From NCBI GenBank assembly GCA_037134435.1, contig JBAXMF010000001.1:1-38817 (forward strand): a stretch of DNA of 38,817 bases, given 5' to 3'. Both the position numbers and the translations under genes were made by a program. The DNA is from Methanomicrobiales archaeon. GTDB taxonomy: Archaea; Halobacteriota; Methanomicrobia; Methanomicrobiales; Methanospirillaceae. The notes beneath the pieces were generated by a model. The model was given only the letters and a program-made list of their open reading frames with translations, made no database searches and was not told where the DNA came from. Position 1 is the stretch's first letter; every line of letters starts with the position of its first letter. This document shows, in pieces, positions 24,473 through 34,227 of this stretch.

Positions 24473-25678
24473 ATGAAATCGATCAAGGACCCGGTCCATG
24501 GGTATGTAGAGGTAGATACTGCTGCTATCACACTTCTCGACTCTCCCCTGCTGCAGAGGCTCCGCCATATCAAGCAGCTGGGTTTCTCCTACCTCGTATA
24601 CCCGGGCGCAAACCATACCCGTTTTGAGCATTCGCTCGGGACAATGCACCTTGCCGGGGTGATGTGCCGACAGCTCGGGGTACCGGAGTATGACCGCCTT
24701 CTTATCGTTACCGCGGCACTCCTCCACGATATCGGGCATGGGCCTTTTTCCCATTCGATTGAGCCGGTAATGGAAGAGCTGACCGGCCGGAGCCATCACC
24801 GGATTGGTTCCCTGCTGAAATCCGATTCCCTTGCACCCCTGCTTGAAAAGATCGGGGTGGACAGGAACGAGCTCGGGGAGGTCCTTGCAGGGGAACACCA
24901 GTTATCGGGCATTATCCACGGGGAACTTGATGTTGACCGGATGGACTACCTGCTGCGGGACGCCCACTACACGGGTGTCCCGTATGGGACTGTTGATGCC
25001 CAGCGGCTCATCCGGAGCACGCTGATATCGGAGGAAGGGATCGTGATCCACGAGAGCGGGATCAATGCGGCTGAATCGCTCCTGATCGCGAGGACGCTGA
25101 TGCGGCCTGCTGTCTACTTCCATCACGTCAGCAGGATCGCGGAGACAATGTTCAACCATGCAGTCTTACGCCACCTGGAAAACAAGTCGCCTTCCGAGGT
25201 GACCGGGATGATGTACATGGACGATGTCTCCTGCATTCACGCGCTCCGCACCTCAGATTCCCGCGTTGCAAGGGAGTTTGCAGAAAGGATATCCGGTCGC
25301 CGGCTCTACAAGAGGGCGCTCTACGTGGGACGCGAACAGGTCAATGTCAAGTCTGTAACAGAATTCCGGGGGATCACGGCACAGCGAGAGATCGCAGAAG
25401 AAATTGCAGGGATCGCAGGGGTAGACCCGTCAAAGGTGCTGGTGGATATCCCGGAACTGCCGTCGGGGATGTCCCTGCATGTCCAGGTAAAAAACCGGCA
25501 CCGCGTGGTGGAGCTTGCCGAAGTATCACCGCTCCTGAATACTCTCAATGACAACCGGTTGGAGCAATGGCGGCTGGGGGTATATACACCCCCGGAACTG
25601 ACTGATGAGGTGGAGATCATTGCATCGGCGGTCTTTCATGTGAAACCCATGACCCTGCAGGATAAATTACTGGTATAA
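24473..25678 (+). CDS. HD-domain phosphohydrolase (COG1078 / SAMHD1-like fold)
   Basis: 401 aa from the ATG at 24473 (MKSIKDPVHGYVEV...). It contains RFEHSLGTMHLA...LLHDIGHGPFSH...DRMDYLLRD. The GTG at 24461 is an alternative start. Confidence 0.9.
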   Translation: MKSIKDPVHGYVEVDTAAITLLDSPLLQRLRHIKQLGFSYLVYPGANHTRFEHSLGTMHLAGVMCRQLGVPEYDRLLIVTAALLHDIGHGPFSHSIEPVMEELTGRSHHRIGSLLKSDSLAPLLEKIGVDRNELGEVLAGEHQLSGIIHGELDVDRMDYLLRDAHYTGVPYGTVDAQRLIRSTLISEEGIVIHESGINAAESLLIARTLMRPAVYFHHVSRIAETMFNHAVLRHLENKSPSEVTGMMYMDDVSCIHALRTSDSRVAREFAERISGRRLYKRALYVGREQVNVKSVTEFRGITAQREIAEEIAGIAGVDPSKVLVDIPELPSGMSLHVQVKNRHRVVELAEVSPLLNTLNDNRLEQWRLGVYTPPELTDEVEIIASAVFHVKPMTLQDKLLV

Positions 25679-25757
25679 CCTGGCGGTACCGTACCGCCGG
25701 AAAAAAACGGAAGCCTCAATAGCGATAAAAGAACAATTCACAACGAGGGGGTTTTTA

Positions 25758-26201
25758 GTGACCGAAGACTGGATTATTCTACTCACCGGAGTCGTCGCGG
25801 TAGCGATTGTCATCTGCGCCGTCTACCTCTATACGAACGGCCGTGAACGAAAGCTCATCGGGGACCGTCATAAATTGAAAGTGTACCAGGAGTTTTTCCA
25901 CGCGGTAACAGACCTCAATACTGCAGGAGGTGATCCTGACCGGCTGATCCGGGCAAAGATGAGGCTTGCCTATATCCTCGATACGATGAACCTCGTCGCA
26001 GGATCAGAGGTCCTGAAATCCATCAACGATTTTCTTGATTTCTTAAATGAGTGTGCAGATGGTGACTGTGATGTGCTCAAGGAGCTGAATATCCTTAACG
26101 CCATCATCCGGGACATGAGAGATGAACTCGACCGGAAGGGGTCGAGAGGACTCGATGAGTCCGAGTTCAGATTCAGGTTCTTTATTCCCAAAAACCACTA
26201 A
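25758..26201 (+). CDS. Small membrane-anchored hypothetical protein
   Basis: 147 aa. The GTG start is preceded by GAGGGGGT. It has one N-terminal hydrophobic helix (WIILLTGVVAVAIVICAVYLY) followed by an acidic helical region. No family is recognised. Confidence 0.55.
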   Translation: MTEDWIILLTGVVAVAIVICAVYLYTNGRERKLIGDRHKLKVYQEFFHAVTDLNTAGGDPDRLIRAKMRLAYILDTMNLVAGSEVLKSINDFLDFLNECADGDCDVLKELNILNAIIRDMRDELDRKGSRGLDESEFRFRFFIPKNH

Positions 26202-26411
26202 AACCTGGAAAATAATTGAAACGATCAATTTTTAGGTTTTAATAAAAAAATCCAATTTTCAACAAAATTTAAGGTTGCATAAGTTCTTTCATCCTGAAAT
26301 CTCACTGTATTGTAGAGTAGGATGATGCCTTGTGTCTCTGAAATTTTGTCCCTGGGGGGCTGGGAGAGATACCCGTGCGAGCTTCAAATTAATATCTATA
26401 GGTGACCGGGA

Positions 26412-26972
26412 ATGACATTGAAAAGGACATTCGTCGTTGGGGTGACTGGGGCAAGTGGCGTGATATATGCGAAACGGCTCCTTGATCTGCTCTGTGTAGA
26501 GGAGGACGTCCACCTGATAATAACAAGGACCGCGCGGGATATTGCCCGGCATGAAGGTGTGGACCTTGACGGGTACAACGCGGTGTATCACGGGGAGGAC
26601 GGGATGGGTGCAGGAATCGCAAGCGGTTCATTCCGGCATGATGGCATGGTGGTCGTCCCCTGCACGATGAAGACCCTTGCGGCCATCAGTAACGGTTTTG
26701 CCGACAACCTGGTCACGCGGGCCGCGGATGTCAGCCTGAAAGAAGGCAGGAAATGTATCCTCGTGCCCCGCGAGATGCCCCTCTCGCGTATTCATTTAAA
26801 GAACCTGCTCGCTGCAAGTGAATCGGGCGCCACGATCATGGTCGCTAGTCCGGGGTTCTATCACCACCCGAAGACCATCGATGACCTTGTGGACATGGTG
26901 GTCGCACGAATTCTTGACCACTTATCAGTTGAACATTCCCTCTCTTCCCGGTGGAGTGGTTACGATGCGTGA
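26412..26972 (+). CDS. ubiX: UbiX-type flavin prenyltransferase
   Basis: 186 aa containing VGVTGASGVIYAKRLL...VVPCTMKTLAAISNGFADNLVTRAADVSLKEGRK...PREMPLS. Confidence 0.93.
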   Translation: MTLKRTFVVGVTGASGVIYAKRLLDLLCVEEDVHLIITRTARDIARHEGVDLDGYNAVYHGEDGMGAGIASGSFRHDGMVVVPCTMKTLAAISNGFADNLVTRAADVSLKEGRKCILVPREMPLSRIHLKNLLAASESGATIMVASPGFYHHPKTIDDLVDMVVARILDHLSVEHSLSSRWSGYDA

Positions 26973-28200
26973 ATTCATTGAAGTTATGCGGGAAGCGGGT
27001 GAAGTCACCGATATCGATCAACCCGTTGATATTAGGTTTGAAGCGCCGAAAATGGCGGCAAAAACAGACAAACTCCTTTTCTTCCATAACGCAGCAGGTC
27101 ATGCGGCCGTGATGAACGTGACCGCCACAAGAAAGGCACTCTCCCTCGCTCTTGGGATAAAAGAGTCAGAAATTGTAAAAGACCTCTCTACCAGGGGATG
27201 CGGTGGCCGTGTTGTCGAGGAAGGGGACCTGAAGATGAGCAAGCCGGACTTCTCCTCGATCCCGATCATGACGCATTTTCCGAAGGATGCAGGCCCCTAT
27301 ATCACGTCAGGGATCGTGTTCTCCCGGTACGGGGACGTTGAGAACGCATCCATTCACCGGATGCTCGTCCTCGATAACGACCATGTCGCCGCACGTCTTG
27401 TTGAGGGCCGTCATACCCATACACTCCTCCGAAAAGCGCTTGCGGATGGAAGCGAGCTCCCGGTGGCCATGGCGATTGGTGTCCACCCGGCGGTCACCTT
27501 TGCGAGTTGCTCCCGTGTCGCGTGGGGCGATGAGCTTGCATTTGCTGCAACCCTGCTCGGTGGAGAGCTCCCGGTACGACGGTGCTCAAACGGGGTGCTC
27601 GTCCCGGATGCCGAGATCGTGCTGGAAGGATATATCGGGAGTGATCGGCATGCAGAGGGGCCTTTTGTCGATATTACCGGGACGTACGATGTCACCAGGA
27701 ACGAGCCGGTCATCAGGTTCACCGGGATGAACAAAAAGCAGGGGGCAATATACCATGGGATCCTCCCGGGCGGCAACGAGCACAAGCTCCTGATGGGGGC
27801 CCCCTACGAGCCGAAAATATACCACGCCGTGGCAGGCGTAACAGATGTTAAGAATGTCAGCCTTACCCGCGGTGGGTGTGGCTATCTCCATGCGGTGATC
27901 CAGATTCGGAAAAATACCGAAGGGGACGCTAAAAATGCAATTATGGCCGCATTTGCCGCACATACCTCGCTAAAACATGTGGTAGTGGTTGATGAAGACA
28001 TTGATATTTTCAATCCCGAAGATGTCGAGTTCGCCATTGCGACAAGGGTCCGCGGAGACAAGGACCTCATGGTCATTACGGGTGTCCGGGGTTCTTCGCT
28101 CGACCCGTGCAGGCTTGAAAACGGGACGAATGTCAAGATTGGTCTTGATGCCACGATGGAAATGGGCAGGGAAGCAAAATTTATCCGGGCCGGGTGGTGA
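26965..28200 (+). CDS. UbiD-family decarboxylase, likely anhydromevalonate phosphate decarboxylase
   Basis: 411 aa from the ATG at 26965 (MREFIEVMREAGEV...), overlapping the ubiX stop by 8 nt (ATGCGTGA). It shows the UbiD pattern (SIHRM, GPFVDITGTY, YEP). The specific function is inferred from operon context. Confidence 0.85.
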   Translation: MREFIEVMREAGEVTDIDQPVDIRFEAPKMAAKTDKLLFFHNAAGHAAVMNVTATRKALSLALGIKESEIVKDLSTRGCGGRVVEEGDLKMSKPDFSSIPIMTHFPKDAGPYITSGIVFSRYGDVENASIHRMLVLDNDHVAARLVEGRHTHTLLRKALADGSELPVAMAIGVHPAVTFASCSRVAWGDELAFAATLLGGELPVRRCSNGVLVPDAEIVLEGYIGSDRHAEGPFVDITGTYDVTRNEPVIRFTGMNKKQGAIYHGILPGGNEHKLLMGAPYEPKIYHAVAGVTDVKNVSLTRGGCGYLHAVIQIRKNTEGDAKNAIMAAFAAHTSLKHVVVVDEDIDIFNPEDVEFAIATRVRGDKDLMVITGVRGSSLDPCRLENGTNVKIGLDATMEMGREAKFIRAGW

Positions 28201-28204
28201 TCTC

Positions 28205-29365
28205 ATGGAACTTGACAGGGAGGACGAACTCGTTCTGAACGGGGAGTTCGGGGAGACCAGGAGGATGATGATGGAGATCCTGGTCACACTTGGAAAGGTC
28301 TTTGATGCGGAGCGGATGGTCCCGATCAGGAGTGCCCAGGTGAGTGGGGCTTCCTACAAGACAATTGGTGAATACGGGCTCCAGTGGCTCAGGGGTCTTG
28401 ATGCCCGTGCGGCAGTCCCCGCCATCTTAAACCCGGTTGGAATGGACCGTGACCGGTGGCGGGAGATGGGGATCTCACCGGAATTTGCAAAAAAACAGGT
28501 GGAGGTAATATCGGCCTATGAACGCCTTGGCATCCGCCTTGACTGTACCTGTACCCCGTATTATCTCACGATCACGCAGTATGGTGACCATATCTCGTGG
28601 TCGGAATCTTCGGCGGTAGCGTACTCAAACTCGGTGATAGGCGCGCGTACCAACCGTGAAGGGGGCCCGAGTGCGCTGGCCGCTGCGATAATCGGGAAGA
28701 CACCGTACTACGGGTTACACATTGTTGCAAACAGGAAACCCGGGCTGGTCATCGATGTGGAAGGGGATGGAACGCATGATGCCTCGTGGTATGGAGCACT
28801 CGGGTACATCGCCGGAAAGGAAGCGGGGAACCGGATCCCGTATTTTCGGGGAATACGTCCTGGTCGTGACCAGCTGAAGGCACTTGGTGCAGCCATGGCC
28901 GCGAGCGGGGCCGTTGCCCTCTTCCACGTGGAAGGCATTACCCCCGATTCGAGGGTGTTCTCCTATGACCCAAAGGGTCTTGAAACAATTCCCGTGGAGC
29001 AGAAGGAGATCAGCGATCTTTACAAGGACATCCCTGTTGATGCGGTGGCAATCGGGTGCCCCCACTGTTCTCCGGATGAACTTGGTGCGATCGCTCACCT
29101 GCTCGAGGGGAAGCATGTGAAAAAACCCCTGTACGTGTTCACCTCGAGAGCTGTCACAGCGAATTCACGTAGTTTTGTTGAGATCATCGAACGGAGCGGC
29201 GCACGCGTATACGCTGATACCTGCATGGTTGTCTCCCCCTGCATGGATTCCTACCAGGCGGTCATGGTAAACAGCGGGAAGGCATTCACCTATGTCCCGA
29301 ACATGTGCGGTGCGGCATCACGGATCGGTACACTTGAAGACTGTATCAACGTTGCCTGTTCCTGA
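28205..29365 (+). CDS. Aconitase-X catalytic subunit (DUF521), likely phosphomevalonate dehydratase large subunit
   Basis: 386 aa from the ATG at 28205 (MELDREDELVLNGEFGETRRMMMEIL...), 4 nt after the ubiD-like stop. It contains the Cys-bearing motifs CTCTPY, GCPHCS and DTCMVV. Confidence 0.82.
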   Translation: MELDREDELVLNGEFGETRRMMMEILVTLGKVFDAERMVPIRSAQVSGASYKTIGEYGLQWLRGLDARAAVPAILNPVGMDRDRWREMGISPEFAKKQVEVISAYERLGIRLDCTCTPYYLTITQYGDHISWSESSAVAYSNSVIGARTNREGGPSALAAAIIGKTPYYGLHIVANRKPGLVIDVEGDGTHDASWYGALGYIAGKEAGNRIPYFRGIRPGRDQLKALGAAMAASGAVALFHVEGITPDSRVFSYDPKGLETIPVEQKEISDLYKDIPVDAVAIGCPHCSPDELGAIAHLLEGKHVKKPLYVFTSRAVTANSRSFVEIIERSGARVYADTCMVVSPCMDSYQAVMVNSGKAFTYVPNMCGAASRIGTLEDCINVACS

Positions 29366-29443
29366 AAAGGGGTGGAGTAATGCCCAGGTGCGGTCCAACC
29401 CGGAAGCACCCGCCCCTGCATGGGGTAACGGAAAAGTCATTAT

Positions 29444-30568
29444 CTACAACCCGGTAAGGAATGGCGGGACAAAGATGATCACGAAATAGATCATCATTGT
29501 GACGATTCCCACCGGAATGCCAATTTTTGCCCACTCCTTACTTGTAATCCCAATTTTCCCAGCAGAAATGATATTTGGTATGTTTCCCGGGATTAACATG
29601 CCTCCGGCGATTACCAGGCCCATAAGGGCACTTTTTATCTGGAGCTCTGAAAGGACGGGGTTTATCTCGGCAGCAGCGAGGGTCGCGTTGTCAAGCACTG
29701 CGGAGACCATGTTTACCCAGTATAATCCGGTAGAGGGAATCGACACAATATACTGCACGATAAGGGGTTTGAACCCTTCGCCGAGAAAGATCAGGGCCAT
29801 GATGAAGACGTAGACTTTCAATGCACGGACTGCGACTTCTGTCAGCGTGTCCCGCCGGAGCTCACATGCCAGTGATTCCTCAGACAACCCGCTCCGGTGG
29901 TAGATGACCATTCCCACGATTCCGAGGGCAATAATCCCCGGGATGATATAGAGGCCAAGGAGGTTGAACAGGAAGTCAAACCCAGCGTAATACGGGGGCC
30001 CTGAGAGCCTTGAAGTGGCAATGGTTGACAGTGGCTCGCCGAGTGGTGTGAGTGCAGCTCCGAGCCCGATCGAGAAACAGGCGACTATTGTGACACTGAT
30101 CTTATCCCCCCTGTTGATGGGAAGGGCACAGACCATCTCAACAAGCACCAGTGCAGCGAGGATAGCGGAGATCAGGCTGGAGACGAGTCCAAGTACTACG
30201 ATGGTTAAAAAAATAAATACTGGTATCGAGGTGTGGGCAACCGTCCAGTTAATTGCCTTCTGGACTGAATTGAAGCAAAAATACAAAAAAAGCCCGAAGA
30301 TCAGGACTATCTGGACGATCCCCACCGGCACACCGAAGACGGTTGTGATTACAAGCGGTGCGGTAAGGGCTTCGGTCACCACGTTCACGGTCCAGCCGAA
30401 CGTATAGCCTTCGATGATTGCAAAACCTGATATGGTAAGGGCAAGTACCCCGCAGGCCAGGAGAAACACCTCGAGGTTCTGCTCGACCTGCCTGAACCGG
30501 AACGGGCAGATCAAGACTACTACAAATATTCCAAACAACCCAATATTGGCGAGCAATGTTCCGTCCAT
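29444..30568 (-). CDS. Polytopic membrane protein, ion-transporter-like (DUF1646-like by recollection)
   Basis: 374 aa with at least 10 hydrophobic segments. The N-terminus FRFRQVEQNLEVFLLACG fits my recollection of DUF1646 putative cation transporters. It is convergent with the aconitase-X gene. Confidence 0.75.
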   Translation of the reverse strand: MDGTLLANIGLFGIFVVVLICPFRFRQVEQNLEVFLLACGVLALTISGFAIIEGYTFGWTVNVVTEALTAPLVITTVFGVPVGIVQIVLIFGLFLYFCFNSVQKAINWTVAHTSIPVFIFLTIVVLGLVSSLISAILAALVLVEMVCALPINRGDKISVTIVACFSIGLGAALTPLGEPLSTIATSRLSGPPYYAGFDFLFNLLGLYIIPGIIALGIVGMVIYHRSGLSEESLACELRRDTLTEVAVRALKVYVFIMALIFLGEGFKPLIVQYIVSIPSTGLYWVNMVSAVLDNATLAAAEINPVLSELQIKSALMGLVIAGGMLIPGNIPNIISAGKIGITSKEWAKIGIPVGIVTMMIYFVIIFVPPFLTGL

Positions 30569-30962
30569 GTTCCGTTAACCACCTCACTACCAGATTGGTC
30601 TTTGTAATATATTTGTTTCCAGATACATTATGGCCTGCCATGCACCGCCTGCCTGACCCCGGGACACGGGGTGGAATAACTGGAATGCGAAATTCATGTA
30701 TCCCGAATCCTGGGTGCTGGCAGCAACCCGTGAAATTGTGCCATGTAAGGTCACACCTCTTTTTTGGATCAGGGTACAATCACGAGCGACCTGTGCGCAA
30801 ACCTCTCATTTTCCTTCGGGGAAATTCAGCACACATAGGTCCCGTGGTACCAGCAGAATGAAAGTTTGTCCTTGTCATGAGAGTCGTATTTTTAACCCTA
30901 GCTCTCCTGGTTTTATTAGTATCCCTTGCTTGTAATCCGGCCAGATACAAAAATGGGGGAAA

Positions 30963-31868
30963 ATGTACCTTGAAAGACGTTTCAATGGTCCGATGCCATG
31001 GGAAGAGGAAGTGACCGGTAAAATTCAAAGGGTTTTGAGGGATTTCCGTAATAAAATCCACTCGTATTCAAACGTGGATGACCTCCGGAACGAGAATGAT
31101 GTCCCGGGACTGATCAATGCACTCAGGCATACGGATATTGATGTCCAGTACATGGCTGTTGAAGCTCTCGGTGACTTACGGGATCCCGCTGCAATTCCAC
31201 CCCTTATAATCATGCTATCGGAAGACCAGTTCAGTGCAGTCCGGTGGAAATCAGCCGAAGCCCTTGCAAAAATCGGGGAAGAGTCGGTTGAACCGCTGAT
31301 CGTCCTTCTGCATCACCCGGATGAGGACGTCAGGTGGAAGGCGGCCATTGCGCTTGGGGAGATCGGGGATGTCCGTGCTATCGGTCCGCTCATTGGTCTC
31401 CTTTGTGACCAGGACCATTATGTTAAGGGGAGAGCGGCGGTCGCACTTGGAATGATTGGGCAGCCGGCGGTTCCCCCCCTTATCAGGGCACTTTCGGAGG
31501 GTGACGGGAATCTCCGGTGGGGTGCGGCAATCGCACTCGGGAAGATCCGGGACCCCCAGGCAATTGCACCACTAGTCCGGGCTCTGGGTGACAAGTATGA
31601 AAATGTCCGTGCCGAGGCACTGGCATCGTTGAAAGCAATGGAAGACGGGAATATCGACCTTTTTATCCACCTACTGAACGAAGTTGGCAACGAGGCATTG
31701 CAGGACTATATGACACATGCCCCTGCAGGCGATGGGCTTGGAAGTCCCGGGTTCACAGACTTCCTGCTGTCTGTTGATCCGGACATCAGGAAAAGGCTGG
31801 CCTCTGCCCTCCTTGGTGTCGGTGACCCGGACCTCGGACCATTGATCAATGACCTTTCCGCTCCATGA
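30963..31868 (+). CDS. HEAT-repeat (PBS-lyase type) protein
   Basis: 301 aa with at least six repeats of the form D..VR..AA.ALG.IGD..A..PLI. Confidence 0.85.
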   Translation: MYLERRFNGPMPWEEEVTGKIQRVLRDFRNKIHSYSNVDDLRNENDVPGLINALRHTDIDVQYMAVEALGDLRDPAAIPPLIIMLSEDQFSAVRWKSAEALAKIGEESVEPLIVLLHHPDEDVRWKAAIALGEIGDVRAIGPLIGLLCDQDHYVKGRAAVALGMIGQPAVPPLIRALSEGDGNLRWGAAIALGKIRDPQAIAPLVRALGDKYENVRAEALASLKAMEDGNIDLFIHLLNEVGNEALQDYMTHAPAGDGLGSPGFTDFLLSVDPDIRKRLASALLGVGDPDLGPLINDLSAP

Positions 31869-31968
31869 CAGGAAGGGGTGAAGACTGCCATATTGTTTAT
31901 TTTCCATAGCTGCCCGAAGCCTCTGAAGATTGACGTGCAAGGAGTAATTAATTATATGTCCTGCGAGA

Positions 31969-32760
31969 GTGATTCAATTCACTGTGTACGGCACGTATGA
32001 TTACCCCTGCCACATCATGGAGGACGAGGTCTCGGTCGATGTTGAACGTTCCTCCCGCTACCTCACCTACAAAAGAGTGTGCAGGGGGGAACCAGCGGAG
32101 CGAACTATTGCCTCTGATAACGGGTCCCTCATTATCAACCCCGTGGAACCCCTGAACCTGCCAAAGGAAGTGACACGGTACCTCGAGGTACATTTCAATC
32201 CCCTCTTCGTCGAACCGGAGACAAGTCGCCAGCTGTACCTGACGTTCCCGGTAGAGATCGGGGTGTTCATTCAGGCAAAGGGAGATTACGACCTTCTCGA
32301 TGTGTTCTCCCTTGTAAAGCCAAAATATTCCCTCTACGGCCCCCCCGATTATGGTTGTGTGACCCGGTGGCATGAGAGTGCGATCCACCCGGATATCCCT
32401 GATACCGATCCCCTGCGGGAAGGGGTGCTTGACTTAACCATTGTAAACGAGGGCAGGACCTGGATCGAGGTGTCAAGAGCGGTCTTTGTGAATGCGGGAA
32501 TGACCATCAGGTACGGGGATTACGTTGCGATGTCGGCGAGAATGGAGATGTTTTCAAATATCGTTGCTGAAACGAGGGTACTCTCCACCCCTGAAAAACA
32601 AGGGTTTACGCGATCACTGCCAGCCTATTCTGCAAAGAAAGTATCCGTAGTGGAGATGGTGAACCAGATCCCGTTTTATTCTACAAAAAAAGTATTTGTG
32701 CCAGAAAAAACGGGGTTCCTGATGGAATTCGGGTTGGGTGACAAAGATGCAGATGACTAA
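31969..32760 (+). CDS. Archaeal hypothetical protein (DUF432-like by recollection)
   Basis: 263 aa with a GTG start. It contains the motif INPVEPLNLPKEVTRYLEVHF...PVEIGVF. Its 3' end overlaps the MscS start. Confidence 0.65.
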   Translation: MIQFTVYGTYDYPCHIMEDEVSVDVERSSRYLTYKRVCRGEPAERTIASDNGSLIINPVEPLNLPKEVTRYLEVHFNPLFVEPETSRQLYLTFPVEIGVFIQAKGDYDLLDVFSLVKPKYSLYGPPDYGCVTRWHESAIHPDIPDTDPLREGVLDLTIVNEGRTWIEVSRAVFVNAGMTIRYGDYVAMSARMEMFSNIVAETRVLSTPEKQGFTRSLPAYSAKKVSVVEMVNQIPFYSTKKVFVPEKTGFLMEFGLGDKDADD

Positions 32761-33610
32761 CAGTACGGTTGATATTGCCTCGGTATTCGCCGATCTCAGG
32801 GCGTATGACATCCTTGCAATTGCGGTTATCCTGGTGATTGCGGTTATCATCGCAAAAATCGTTACCACATTCATGAAGCGGAAGCTCTCCGACCGGATGG
32901 AAAAATACGAACTCAAGGTACTAATTGCTGTTGTGTGGTGGACGATCATCCTGATTGGGATTTTCATCGCTTCGCCCCATTTTAAGATTGACCTGTCAGG
33001 GCTCCTTGTTGCCGGCGGTATTATTGCTGTCATTATCGGGTTTGCCAGCCAGAGCGTCGTGTCCAATCTCGTATCAGGGATCTTCCTGATACTCGAACGA
33101 CCGGTGAAGATCGGCGATAATGTCAGCATCGGGGATGTGTCGGGGAATGTTGAGCACATCCAGGTCCTCTCAACAATCATCAGGACATTCGAAGGGATCT
33201 ATGTACGGGTACCGAATGAGAAGGTATTCACCTCGAATATTACGAATTTTGTCTCGAATGTCGCCCGGAGGTTTGATTACAAGATTGGGATCGGTTACCG
33301 TGAGGATGCCAACCGGGCCATCCTGATTATCCAGGATGTGATTGCGGAGGAGCCGTTTGCACTCAAGAACCCGGAGCCTTCGGTGTTCGTGGACAAGCTC
33401 GGTGACAGCACGGTTGACATTATTATCCGGATATGGGCTCCCTCAAAGGAATGGTATGACCTAAAAACATCGTTGCTGTTGAAAATCAAGTCCACGCTTG
33501 AAGCCAACGGGATCGAGATCCCCTACCCGCAGCAGGTGGTCTGGGTGCAACAGGCACTACCTGCCGACGGGACCCGCGGGGTGCCGGGGAGTCGTGAAAA
33601 TAATGGCTGA
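32747..33610 (+). CDS. Small-conductance mechanosensitive channel (MscS family)
   Basis: 287 aa from the ATG at 32747; the GTG at 32738 and the ATG at 32753 are alternatives. It has three TM helices followed by GFASQSVVSNLVSGIFLILERPVKIGD...G.V..I....T. Confidence 0.9.
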   Translation: MQMTNSTVDIASVFADLRAYDILAIAVILVIAVIIAKIVTTFMKRKLSDRMEKYELKVLIAVVWWTIILIGIFIASPHFKIDLSGLLVAGGIIAVIIGFASQSVVSNLVSGIFLILERPVKIGDNVSIGDVSGNVEHIQVLSTIIRTFEGIYVRVPNEKVFTSNITNFVSNVARRFDYKIGIGYREDANRAILIIQDVIAEEPFALKNPEPSVFVDKLGDSTVDIIIRIWAPSKEWYDLKTSLLLKIKSTLEANGIEIPYPQQVVWVQQALPADGTRGVPGSRENNG

Positions 33611-33675
33611 TGAAACCCTGGTGCCTGGAATGACCCGCGAGGACCATTTCACCGGGTGAAAATGAGGAAAATATC

Positions 33676-34227
33676 ATGGACTATAAAGAGATTGGAACTA
33701 ACGAGACCGACAGGCTGACTGGTGACCTGAGCAGCCCGGATATTACCGTCCGGCGGGAAGCTGTCCGGCGCCTTGGGGCGAGTGGTGAACAATCAGTATA
33801 CCCGCTTATCCGCTTGATGCACGAGAATAACGACCCTGACTTCCGCTGGTACGCCGCAAGTGCGCTGGCGATTGTGGGTGAACCTGCCGTTGTTCCCCTT
33901 GTACGTGCCATGGAGGATGACCCTGAACCGGGGTTCCGGAAGTATGCAGCAGCAGCGCTCGGGCAGATCGGTGAGCCTGCGGTTGACCCGCTGATAGAGG
34001 CGTTCACCCGCGGGGACAAGGGGCTTCGCGAATTCATCGCGCTTGCATTATGCAGGATTGGAAAGCCCGCCATCCATCCCCTCCAGGATCTGTTGCACAA
34101 CGAAAATTCAGATATGCGGTCGTGTGCAGAACTGGTGCTCTGGAAGATGGGGGAACCGGGTGTGCATGCGCTGGTTGATGAGTATAATCCCGCGGACGGG
34201 GGAAAAGACGATCAGGGCTCCAGCTGA
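33676..34227 (+). CDS. HEAT-repeat (PBS-lyase type) protein
   Basis: 183 aa with four to five repeats (VRREAVRRLG, FRWYAASALAIVGEPAVVPLV, FRKYAAAALGQIGEPAVDPLI and others). Confidence 0.85.
   Translation: MDYKEIGTNETDRLTGDLSSPDITVRREAVRRLGASGEQSVYPLIRLMHENNDPDFRWYAASALAIVGEPAVVPLVRAMEDDPEPGFRKYAAAALGQIGEPAVDPLIEAFTRGDKGLREFIALALCRIGKPAIHPLQDLLHNENSDMRSCAELVLWKMGEPGVHALVDEYNPADGGKDDQGSS

Noticed and set aside
29388-29489. 33-codon ORF as a functional aconitase-X small subunit
   Set aside because: It is far too short (small subunits are roughly 130 aa) and it terminates inside the convergent transporter gene. I keep it only as a possible remnant in the mevalonate finding.
30858-30935. 25-codon ORF MKVCPCHESRIFNPSSPGFISIPCL upstream of the HEAT gene
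   Set aside because: The CPCH motif is suggestive. However, the ORF has no ribosome-binding site and is too short to support from sequence alone.
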